64,000 nucleotides of DNA from a bacterium (GTDB lineage: Bacteria; Hinthialibacterota; Hinthialibacteria; Hinthialibacterales; Hinthialibacteraceae), in the NCBI GenBank assembly GCA_963663405.2, contig CAXXSM010000053.1:128001-192000 (forward strand), read 5' to 3'. Made by a program: the position numbers and the translations under genes. This document shows, piece after piece, positions 21,801 through 31,700 of the stretch. The notes beneath the pieces are model-generated. The model worked only from the letters and a program-made list of their open reading frames with translations. It was not told where the DNA came from and ran no database searches. The number at the start of each line of letters is the position of its first letter. The stretch's first letter is position 1.

Positions 21801-22048
21801 CCCAATGCAGAAAACTGTTCTCTGGAAATGGAAGGATCTTCCAACGTGATCCAAACATCGGCATACTCGATTTTATCAATAGATTGAAGAGATGCATATT
21901 GATTATCACCAACGGAATCCGTATCCATCCTTCGCGCTAAAAGTGGATCAATTTTAGAAGAAATAATTGAATCTTCTGCAAATCCGGTACCTAGACATCC
22001 AAACAAAATGACGATTATTAGATTTTGAATCCAGTATCTTGCGCGCAT
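18812..22048 (-). CDS. Secreted S8 (subtilisin-family) serine protease with accessory domains
   Basis: Catalytic triad motifs GIIDSGID, HGTHVASIAAG, GTSMASPHVCG; prodomain; inserted domain as in CspA-type subtilases; two Pro/Thr linkers. Confidence 0.9.
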   Translation of the reverse strand: MRARYWIQNLIIVILFGCLGTGFAEDSIISSKIDPLLARRMDTDSVGDNQYASLQSIDKIEYADVWITLEDPSISREQFSALGIRIRTDLGAILTAWVPLEIVHELAEIPAVHSIESAKHLSHRLDRSVPETRADQVWLELGAGHRGEGVLVGIIDSGIDYRHGDFRTEDDQSRILAIWDQLDNSGAAPDGYPYGTLWEKSSLDQKTCAHIPRRFHGTHVASIAAGDGSETGNGQPAYQYAGMAPDANLLIVNHEDDVRDTQILDAVNWLFHRAGNRPIAVNMSFGAHYGLHDGTYTLDQALNQLAGSGIPGRVICAAVGNEGDDTVHAKSILSAPANNFYPYFRIYSTDDYEIAIIQSWYPAALSVQARMWIPKDDQMSQYVTTNWVSKNGRHVLAIEEGALQGTIVTVDARQAPYPQNPNYNLITFIIEKNGQEVDLSKFEFDVEFNGEGVPLESWIAFSPPGVQFAGNPNDQLRIQPDSEVTINTPASAENVIGVASYVTKNSWVTVDGNVHEDSSAIIGQIAVTSGRGPLQNGVRKPDIAAPGQYIYAAWESNIQPDYGTRRSHSTPDGKHFVDQGTSMASPHVCGAAALLLQKNPALDAAQIKSILTQTAIDAGAPGWDGRWGAGKMNVKAAWDALPAIQPSPSPTMPPAKPTPTLPSAPNDALTPLIVYEFNRSSLEDCGWGEIIGAFVQAPPGKVETNVSMINLIPSTQDQQGISITIQEKQVQLLFAKNPVQTGGSPILIRAVLRAEDSPAMITLAALKGNLTTYQGVDSSIATNMAASAKDFVEQERCLILMYEPDQGEIITPMLQVAATNPASAFRVWIDRIEIYQIAKNLDYLGRLFYSTWTDQTGSPQNTPHPTAPIPPTSTKPVVFTPTPTWTPVNTPTWTQAPVYTPTQPPPTLVPTPAPSDGWTVVMNDAREGLSGAYDLKQLLAQITGRNMTFRLVFHDSIPAEAIRKTQVSIEIYLDTDRNQGTGDQDGMDFYLSIGPEFFTEEYEETIYQWSDPYGIDWMDFYEAGSIQNVVRSAANQIDVTVPLNSIGNPTSMSIFVSAMNVNTFEIDSMPDEGRVSFP

Positions 22049-22385
22049 AATAGAATCCTCTTCTCACTCACAATTTCCTCAGCTGCCATATCTCAAGTTT
22101 TGATTAAAAGAAATTCTATCAAATCCTTACTGATTATCTCATAAAACTACTAGGTGTGTCTACTCATGTATGGGATTCGGTTGTATAGAAATCGGGAAGT
22201 GTTGTCAACCTTGCCACCATAAAAAGAGAATATTTATCAATAACGAACAGTTCCTTAGCATTCAAAATTGTATAAGAATCTTGTGGTATTAATAAAGAAA
22301 TTCGCTTATAGTATAAATGATCCTACATACAGTCAGTGAACTCTTTCTGTCTGGAAGCGTGATAAATCTGAAAGAAGGTGACACC

Positions 22386-25300
22386 ATGAAAAAGCACATC
22401 AAATTAACCTTTTTTCTTTCCTATGCTCTTATGTCTTCTTTTTCTTCTGCACAGGATTCGTCAATGGACGAACTTGACCTTCCTCTTCGAGGACCATCCG
22501 GTGAAATCATTTTAGGGATAGGAAGGCTTGATGGCGCCGCGTTTTCTCCTGATGGCCAAACGTTCGCTACAGTCGGCAGTATGGGAGTATTTCTGTGGGA
22601 TATTGATAGCGGGCAACCGTCGCGGTATGTTTTATCAAATTATAATCTTAGAAATTGCATCACGTTTTCCCCGAATGGCCAGATGCTATGCGTTGCGGAT
22701 AACGATGGGACGCTATTTGTCATTGATATAGAAACAGATGAAATTACACATCATTATGAAGACTTATACAACGTCCAATCCATTGCCTTCTCTCCCGATA
22801 GCCGCAGGTTGTGTGTGGGGAGATATTCTTATCAGAATATCTTTTCAATCCACTTATTTGATTTGGAAAATGGAGAAACAACGTTAATGCAAAGACGCGA
22901 AAATCGTTGGGGGGGTGTCGAATTTGTCCAATTCTCTCCCGATGGTTCAAAAATCCTTTCTCTTATTGTTACAAATGATCTTTATAGTTCTCAATATGAA
23001 ATCACAGTATTCGATGTTGAAACAAAAGAACAAACTTTTATTCTGCAAGAATCAACATACAACACATTCCCTGTAGGATTCATTGATGGCGGAAAAAAAG
23101 TTCTATACATTGATGATAAAGCAGTTCGTTTAGCGGATGTCGAAACGGATGAACGGATTTTAAAACCTGTTTTTATGCATAACAACCAAGTCCAATGCGC
23201 GGCCTTATCGGTAGATGGAAAGTATCTAATTACAGGATACAACAATTGGGAAAATAATGAAAATCGTGTAATAGTCAATCTATGGGAAATCGAATCGGGC
23301 GCACAAATCCAACAGTACTCTCTTGATATAAATTACATTAATGCGATCTCTTTCTCCCCCGATGGCTCCCAATTTTGGATCGTAAGTCAAGATGCGCAAA
23401 CGATTGTTCGTGTCGATATAGAAACCGGGCAGGAAGTTCGACGCTATGGAGGATTCGCCCATGATTTTCAATTGGCTGATTTTACACCCGATGGCGAATA
23501 TGTAGTGACTACCTCTATGGGCTGGTGGATTCCTTCCACGGAAATTTTCTGGGATGCGGAGACTGGTGAACATGTGTATACACTCTTCAATGATGAACCT
23601 CATCTTTCCCTTTCGTTTTCAAAAGATGGGAAAGAAATCCTCACTGGTGAAAATGTATGGGATGAAGAATTGGAGATGAATATTTCGACTGCCTATCTTT
23701 TGGATACAGACACAGGTGAAATAATAAAGCAATTTGAACATCCCGCAAATTTAAACGCAATCGAACTTTCTCCTGATGAACAACATATACTCGCATGGTA
23801 TAGTGAAAACAATCCGGATACCGACGAGCAAAGTGAATACGCGATATTATGGAACGCCGAAACCGCAGAGAAACTAAAAACTTTCATCGTTGAACCGCAA
23901 GGAGTCAACACGATCTCATTCTCACCAAACGGAGAATTGTTGTTGACTATCAATTCGTATGGTACCGCGCAGGTATGGAATATTTCGGATTGGGAGTTCC
24001 CTGATCCACCGGAAACCGTATCCACCGAATTACCTTTAGAAGGACTTTCTGGAGAAACCTATCTTGGATTGGGGAGTTTAGACGCTGTAGCCTTGTCACC
24101 CGACAATCAACTCATTGCCACAGGAGGAAGCATGGGAATTCTATTATGGGATGTGGAAACACAAACAATAGTCCGATGGATTCACTCTGAAAACAATGTT
24201 AGTATCAATTCCATTCTCTTTATGCCGGATGGTTTGCATTTACTGGTTGGGACAGACTATGATGATATTCTTGTAATTGATATTACTACGGGAAATACAA
24301 TACGTAAATTTGAGAGCGCGGAAGGAAGCCTAACTTGTTTGACAATGCCAGATGACAGTAATGTTTTCATTGAAGGATATGAAACGTGGGATAATACAAA
24401 TGAAGGCCTTATAAGAATTCGGGATTTGGAGACGGGAAGTACGATTCGAACATTTCACGAAGACTATCCAGTACGTAGTTTATCTGTTACTGATGATGGG
24501 CGTTTTTTACTCGCAAGCTGCCAAGGATATGGTTTTATCGACGATCGCAGTCATGTGACCGTGCGGATATGGGATACTCAAACGAGTGAAGATACAATAT
24601 TGGTATCTTCTGATCAGTTATGGGATCCAATCCCCGCCGCTCTATCACGAAATGGAAGCAGCGCAGTCACAATTCAAAGTAATGTTGTTATCGTTTGGGA
24701 TCCAATGACAGGACGAAGGAATTCTACGAGACTCCGAACCGGCTATGTCAATGTGATAGACATATCTCCTAATGGAGAACAGGTTATTACGGCCGGAGAG
24801 GAGATGAAACTGTGGAATGCGGAATCTGGAAAGATGATACAGCAATATAGCGAAGCCTGCCAAAATATTGAATATCTTTGCTTTTCAAGAGAGGGTGAAA
24901 AAGTGCTGTGTAAAGGTAATGATTATGATAATACTGTCAAATTATTTGATATCGAGACAGGCCAGATGATTTTCAATTTAGAAGAATATAAAGGCCGAAT
25001 CGAATCCGCTGAATTTTCAGCGGATAGCCGTTTTATACTCACTGAATCGGGACAGAGCGATAATTACGAAATCAACCTATGGAATCCACAAACCGGGGAA
25101 AAAATCTATACGTTGGAAACGGAATGGACAACAAGCGCTACATTTTCGAATGATGGAACATGGATTCTTACTGGCGGTGAAGGTATCCGTTTATGGAAAA
25201 CTGAAACTGGAGAGTTAAACCATATTTTCGTTAATGACGCATGGATCACTTCTATTGCTTTTTCATATGACGATCGACTTATACTCGCAGGAAGAGAATA

Positions 25301-25505
25301 TGAAAATACGACTAGAGTGGAATTGTGGGATGTGGAGACAAAGGAAAAAATTGTAAGTCTTCATCATGGAGATGGTTGGGATGTAAAAGTAGCGATATCG
25401 CCGGATAATACACATGTATTATCATCAACATATGGAATCACGAAACTGTGGGATATTCGAGAACTGGTTTCAACCGTAGCCGTAGATGATTATATGTTGT
25501 ATTGA
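22386..25505 (+). CDS. Secreted WD40-repeat protein with two-fold internal duplication
   Basis: RBS GAAGGTG, signal peptide MKKHIK...SSA, many FSPDG/LWD repeats; halves start LPLRGPSGEIILGIG and LPLEGLSGETYLGLG. Confidence 0.88.
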   Translation: MKKHIKLTFFLSYALMSSFSSAQDSSMDELDLPLRGPSGEIILGIGRLDGAAFSPDGQTFATVGSMGVFLWDIDSGQPSRYVLSNYNLRNCITFSPNGQMLCVADNDGTLFVIDIETDEITHHYEDLYNVQSIAFSPDSRRLCVGRYSYQNIFSIHLFDLENGETTLMQRRENRWGGVEFVQFSPDGSKILSLIVTNDLYSSQYEITVFDVETKEQTFILQESTYNTFPVGFIDGGKKVLYIDDKAVRLADVETDERILKPVFMHNNQVQCAALSVDGKYLITGYNNWENNENRVIVNLWEIESGAQIQQYSLDINYINAISFSPDGSQFWIVSQDAQTIVRVDIETGQEVRRYGGFAHDFQLADFTPDGEYVVTTSMGWWIPSTEIFWDAETGEHVYTLFNDEPHLSLSFSKDGKEILTGENVWDEELEMNISTAYLLDTDTGEIIKQFEHPANLNAIELSPDEQHILAWYSENNPDTDEQSEYAILWNAETAEKLKTFIVEPQGVNTISFSPNGELLLTINSYGTAQVWNISDWEFPDPPETVSTELPLEGLSGETYLGLGSLDAVALSPDNQLIATGGSMGILLWDVETQTIVRWIHSENNVSINSILFMPDGLHLLVGTDYDDILVIDITTGNTIRKFESAEGSLTCLTMPDDSNVFIEGYETWDNTNEGLIRIRDLETGSTIRTFHEDYPVRSLSVTDDGRFLLASCQGYGFIDDRSHVTVRIWDTQTSEDTILVSSDQLWDPIPAALSRNGSSAVTIQSNVVIVWDPMTGRRNSTRLRTGYVNVIDISPNGEQVITAGEEMKLWNAESGKMIQQYSEACQNIEYLCFSREGEKVLCKGNDYDNTVKLFDIETGQMIFNLEEYKGRIESAEFSADSRFILTESGQSDNYEINLWNPQTGEKIYTLETEWTTSATFSNDGTWILTGGEGIRLWKTETGELNHIFVNDAWITSIAFSYDDRLILAGREYENTTRVELWDVETKEKIVSLHHGDGWDVKVAISPDNTHVLSSTYGITKLWDIRELVSTVAVDDYMLY

Positions 25506-25748
25506 ATGATAAAAGGTTACAAGACTACAAGAAGAAGAACTTCTTAAAGACATTAATTTTCTAATTATCATTTTCATATGAATAATATGCTAAAGAACAA
25601 CTCAATTTCGAAAAACAGTAATAGTAAGAGATTGGAATATAAGGTGAGCGGATGTAAAAAAAAGTCCATAAAATGATGGTTTTCTCGAGAGATACTGATT
25701 CTGAAACGTTTCTGATAGTATATTAATAGAAAACGGACTATCTTTTTG

Positions 25749-28700
25749 TTAAAAAATTTCCCAATCCATCACAGAAGTGATTTCTGTGACTCGCGTTGTA
25801 GCTTCCGCATCGGATTTATCGGGCTCCATTAATCCCGCATTGTCTTTGGCGCGGCAGTAGAAACTATATACACGATCGATTTCTCCTTCAAATACGATCG
25901 ATGTCAGTGACGTGTTATCGATTAATAGTTGGTATGTTCCTTCATTTTCTGATACATACACAGAATATGATGAAACGCCTGAACCTTCGTCTTCACCGGT
26001 CCATTCCAAAGTGAATGGAGAGGCGATTACACTGGGCAACGCGGTTACCCGGCTCGTGGGAGGAATCGTATCCACCGTGTTGATCCAAGGGCCTTCCTTC
26101 GGGGCGGGATGATCCATGATATCCCCGGCGAAATCAAATTCGACAAACGCTTGATTCGAGATCTGAGCGCCATCCGGCAGATTCTCTTTTAGTTCTACAG
26201 TGAACTCCACCCATCCAATTTCATAGCCGGTTTCGGGATTGTAGGGTGGCAGGAAACCTACAAAAGGATCTTCGGGGTAATCCCCAGTGATTGGATCAAT
26301 GCAATGAAACCACCAACGGATTTCACCGGTTACTGGATTGAATGTCCCGGTCACATCGACCGCAAGGTCCATATCCGGACGCATATCGATCCGTGTTTGC
26401 AGCGCTTGTCCGCCGGGGAGGGGTATATCCCATTTTAAGAAACCGATTCGGGTGAATTGGAATGTGGATAAATCGAAAACATTCGGATCCAATGTGTCAA
26501 TAATCACGGCGTCTTGTGTCGGCACGGGCGCGTCTGGTTTGTTCCAAAAATCGACGCGGTACGTGAAAATTTGGTTGGTATTCACCCACCTTATATTCTC
26601 GCCGGTGTCCTCCGTAGTAATGTATCCCTCGGGGCCGAATTTATCTTCCGGTGTACGGGAGAACATCCGCTTGATAATCTCTTCCGCTTCTTCTTTCGCT
26701 TCGGGATGTTTCTCCGCGCAGTCCCGCAAGCATTTGGCGTACTCCGCTCTCGCTTTGATTGCCCTGGCCACCTGTTTGCGATAATTTTTCACGGCGGAAT
26801 CGAATAAACTCATGTTACTGGATAATTCTCCAGCGGCATTGCGAGTTTCCGTCAACGTCCAGCGTTTGTAATGTTCATCAAAGTCTAGCAATAGGGCAAA
26901 GATATCCCGGCCGGCGGCTATGCCTCCGAAGCGTCTCGCTCGATTGCCTTTCAGCATTCGACTTCTTCCCTTAAATATCAAATCCGATCCGTTTGATACT
27001 AAACTTTTCAGAATATCGGTGGTTTTTTGGGGGGATGAGGCGGAATCATAATACATTCTCCCTAAATCTGAAATCAACTCACCAATTCCTTTGGCTGAAA
27101 CCAGGGCCTCGACGATCGTCTTCGCCGCGAGCGCTGTTTCCCCCGCTTCCAAGGCGCTAATTGCGCCAGTCACTTCCGCAGCCGCGGCGATTTCGTAGCC
27201 AGAGACAATCACAGCGGCGATGTCTCCCGCTGTGGAGAAGATTTCTACAGAACCGAAGGACCAAGAAAGAAATGTCTGGGATGTGATCCCTTCCTCGCGT
27301 CCATGCACAACACTAAGCGCGGCCTTCTGATTTTGGTAGGCTTGTTCCGCTTTTTTATAGGCGTCCATACATTCATCCCGGCACGTGTCCGGTGGCAAGT
27401 AGGGGATCCCGATATGTCCCCGGTCTTTCGGGTAAATATCACCAAACTCGATACCAGCCCATTTTTTCAGCGCGGCGAAGAATCCGCCTCCTCCTCCCCC
27501 AGCGGTCGCCACTGCTTTTATATCATAGATTTCATTGTTAACGCGTGAGGCTGAAATTCCGCTGAGGCTGGCGGCTGGCGGAGAGAGATTTCCTGTGAAT
27601 TGACATAAAGCGATCGGCTCCATCACAATGGGACCGATGTCTACTGTGGAACCACGTTCAACACGTAAGCCAGTCTGTTCTTTATCGGCATAGCTGGGCG
27701 CGTGGCTTTGTAAGGATAGATTGTCTCCTGAAGCTGTCGTGATGTGGAATGAGCCGTCGATACTGGATTTTGTTTCACCCAGGTATCTCCCTGCTTGATC
27801 CACTACCGCGATTTCGCCGTGGGCGATGGGATGTCCTTGAGGATCTGTCAAACGTCCAGTTAGAATAGTATCACTTTTGGTTAGGGAAACATCGAATGAT
27901 GTTGATTCAGCAATGGATAAATCCAATTTATAAAAAGCGTCATACCCGTCCGCGTAAACAATCAACTCATAAAGCCCTGGCTCCAAATAAGGAATTTCAT
28001 AGGTTCCATCCGACTGGCTCACTAGAACCAGCAGTTCCTTTGGATTGTTCACCGGGAAAAGAGTGATCGCCGCCGATGGGATGGGATTTCCATCGCTATT
28101 AGTAATCAGGCCGCTTAGAATATATTGCTGAGAGAGCGTGACGGTCAAATCCTTTTGCGCGCCTTCTTCCGGTAGAGTGACCTGCGCGGATGCGCCCCGG
28201 TTGTCATTCCCAATAATCGTCAGAGAGTAATCACCCGTGATGAGATTCTCAAACAGAATAATTCCATCCGGTCCGGCTTCAGCTATTCCGGCAAGTAACG
28301 GTTCATTCGAAGATTCGTTGAAAAGCATTACTGTTGCGCCTTCGACCGAGGAAAGGGAATCAATAAGTTTGACCTGTAGTGACGCTGTTCCAGCGATAAG
28401 GTCCCGTGTGACGGTTTCGCCATCATTCACAATTACATTTTTGACGGAGTTAAAAGCAGCTCCCTCCTTTTGCGCCACAAGGTCAAACGTTCCACCGCGA
28501 AGCAGCCGGAAGCGATAGTTCCCATTCTCATCACTTTTTGCGCCAACGATATATTTCCCTGATTCATACAGCATGACGCCAACATCGGTCAGTGGCTCGC
28601 CTGCGGCGGTTAGTGTATGGCCTTCTAATGTAGTCGTAAAAGAAATTTCAAAATCGGCAGTCTGTTCAAGTCCATCAAGAGAATCTACAGTGACAAGAGA

Positions 28701-31700
28701 GGAAGCGTTTTCACCACCAATTGGAAGAGTAAGACGGTACTCTCCCAGATCGAGAAAGTCAAAGCGGTAGGAACCGGCGCCGTCTGTGAAGCGGGAGAAT
28801 AAATGTCCATTCTCATGGATGAGTAAAACAGGCAAACCAGCGATTGGCTCGCCTGTAACTGAATCACGGACCACTCCGCTAATCGTTCCTCCCGGAAGAA
28901 TCTGGAGTGATATTCCAGTAAGATTCTCACCGCTAGAGACATTAACTTCTGTTTCTGAACTATAAGAATTCAGCAGGTTGACGACTCGAAGCGTATAGGT
29001 TCCCGGCGCCAAATACTCAAGGAGAAAACTGTTATCATCCTCCGCGAACGCGCCCCACACTTGGTTTTCTCCTTCAAAAACACCAACGATAAAAGGATAC
29101 GCGGTTTCATTCGAGGCGCTTACTATAATCGTTCCAGAAACTGATGCGGGTAATGACAAATCAACGGTTCCAAGATCGATACTCTCTCCTTCGGACACAT
29201 CGATCCCCGAAATTTCCACGGGTAAATAACCATAGCGGAGAATCATAACGTCATAGAACCCCGTAGGCAGATTCTTAATCACGAAAGAGATATCTTCAAT
29301 CTCCGCATAGAAATACTCCCTATCTCCGGATTCATCCGAAGACTGCGCATAGACTACGAGAACACTCTCTTCGGCGCTCTCTCCTTGAAGGTTTACGATT
29401 CCTTGAATTCTGGATTCTGGGTTCTGTGTCAGATTTAAATCTAAAACAAGCCCCTCCCGTTTGACACTAACATCTGTTTGTATAAATCGCGACAGCCCGT
29501 CGGATTCGACGATGATTTCATACAATCCAACCGGAAGCCCATTGAAATCAAATGCGCCGGTTTCATCAGTCAAAGTCAAGAACGATTGATTGTCCACACT
29601 TCGCGCTTCCACTCTTGCGGACGGAACCGGGACGCCGGTTTCACTGGATAGAATCCGGCCCGAAAGCGCGCCCCCCGCGTCTAGATAGAGCTCATGACCC
29701 ACGATCGTTTCCATATCGGTGATTTGTACGTTCTGGCCGGATAAAACGATGGTTCCTTCAACATCCAATACATAGGCGCCGGGCGTTAGATCGCCAACAA
29801 CGAAAGATCCATCGTTCAAAGAATAGGCGCCGAACATTTCTTCTGTATCTATATTAAAGAAGGTGATAAAGCGTCCGGATAGATCCATTTCCGAATCGGC
29901 GCTCCGCAACGCGCCGCTGATTGACGCGCTTATTGCGGCGGTTGATTTTTCTATTTCCAGTTCGATTAAATCTAAGAATCGTTTAAAATCTCCCGCTTCC
30001 GGTGGAAGCAGCGTAGCGTGAAGGGCCAGCATTTGGAGAAAGCCGCCCCAGGTATCCCCCACCTGTGAGATGAGTTGATTCCATATCGGTTCCCATGATT
30101 CCGGGACGGCGTCTTCGGGTTGGACAAACGTCTTGATTTCGTCCCAATTGATGGGGATGGATAACGGGCTCCAGTTATCTGGAAAGTACATGCTGTAAAG
30201 AGAGACGGTCACATCTTCGGGGCTGAATAATGTGCGCATCGAAACATGAATCGTCTCTCGTTCACCAGGACGCAGGATAGCGATCGGTTCACTCTGGCAA
30301 CCCGGCGCGATCCCATAGCTCCGGCTTTTGATCCATTGGCCGGTTTCCGGAAGTAACCATTCTGCTTCTTCACTGCAAACGAGGATCAGAAGCGGGCAGG
30401 CAAGATCGGTCTCACCGGTATTCGCGCATTCCACTTGTACATCGACCAAACGCCCAGGCCTGACAATATCTGGAGCAATAAGATTCACTTCCAACTTCGG
30501 CGCCACGCCGGAAGTCACCGTCAGGATTTCCTGTTTCATCAGCGCTCCGTAGATCGTGCTTTCAACCATCAGATCATAGAGACCTGCGGGCGCGCCTGAA
30601 AAGTCAAATGTAGTGAAAAGAGTCGCTGGATCAGGACAATAAACATTCAATGGCGCCAGTTCGCTTACTCCCTCGTGGGCAATTAGGTGAATTTGATCGC
30701 TTGGAGAGAAATTCGAGCCTATAATTTCAATCGTTGCTTGACCATTCTGGCCAACACGATTGGGAGAAACGGTGAATATATCAAACGCCGCTATTTCCGC
30801 CGATAACGTAATCGATGAAGCGCCGCCGGGGAGATATTGCCCATAGACGCCGATATAATACGTACCTTCTATTGGATGGATCAGGATTTCTTGATTTGTC
30901 TGCCCTGGCGTGGCGCTTAGGGCGTCATATTGAATTAAATTAGGTGAGGTTCCCAACCGGCTGTATAACGAGAGCGCGCCCGTCGCTGCGTCTGCGGCCA
31001 ATTTGATTCGTATACTTACACCTGGCATACCGTCAAACCGGCAAAACATCCATTCACCCGGCGCAACGGATGATATCACGGGTGTATCCGGTGTTAATAC
31101 CGGCACGTTCACGGATAGAGGCGCGTGGGAAGATAAAACATTGTCAACAAAGTCAGACTCGATTACTTGTTGACGCTGATTGACAAACACTAAAACAAAT
31201 TGGGGGCCGGCCACATCCAGCGGAACTGATCCCGACCAGTTTCCTGTGTATTGATCTCCTGGTTTAAATAATCCTTGCTGTGTCACCCGCCCAAGCAACG
31301 AATCTTCATTCAAATCAATGAAGGGATCACTGGAAAGGAAAATGGAGTCCTGCCATTGACCTTCTAGATCCGCTTGTCCAGTATTTTCAACAGTCCAAGA
31401 AATTGAAAATGTGGCGCCGGGCTGAACAATAATAGGCGAAGGATCAGTTAGGCTAATCACGGTTAGATTTGCGGAAACACCCGGCGCCGTTCGTTCAAAC
31501 ACTCCTCGATCTACAAAGGAAGGATATCCAGCGCCAGTATTCGCCACGCCCGGATCATCAAATCGAGGCTGACCAAGCAGATCATAACTCGGCGCATCGA
31601 TCCCCCGGCCGGAATCAATCGCCGGGGAATCCGCGTATAACTGATAATTCCCTGATTCACGATCTATAAAGCGGGGATTCTTGATACTATTTCCATTGGA

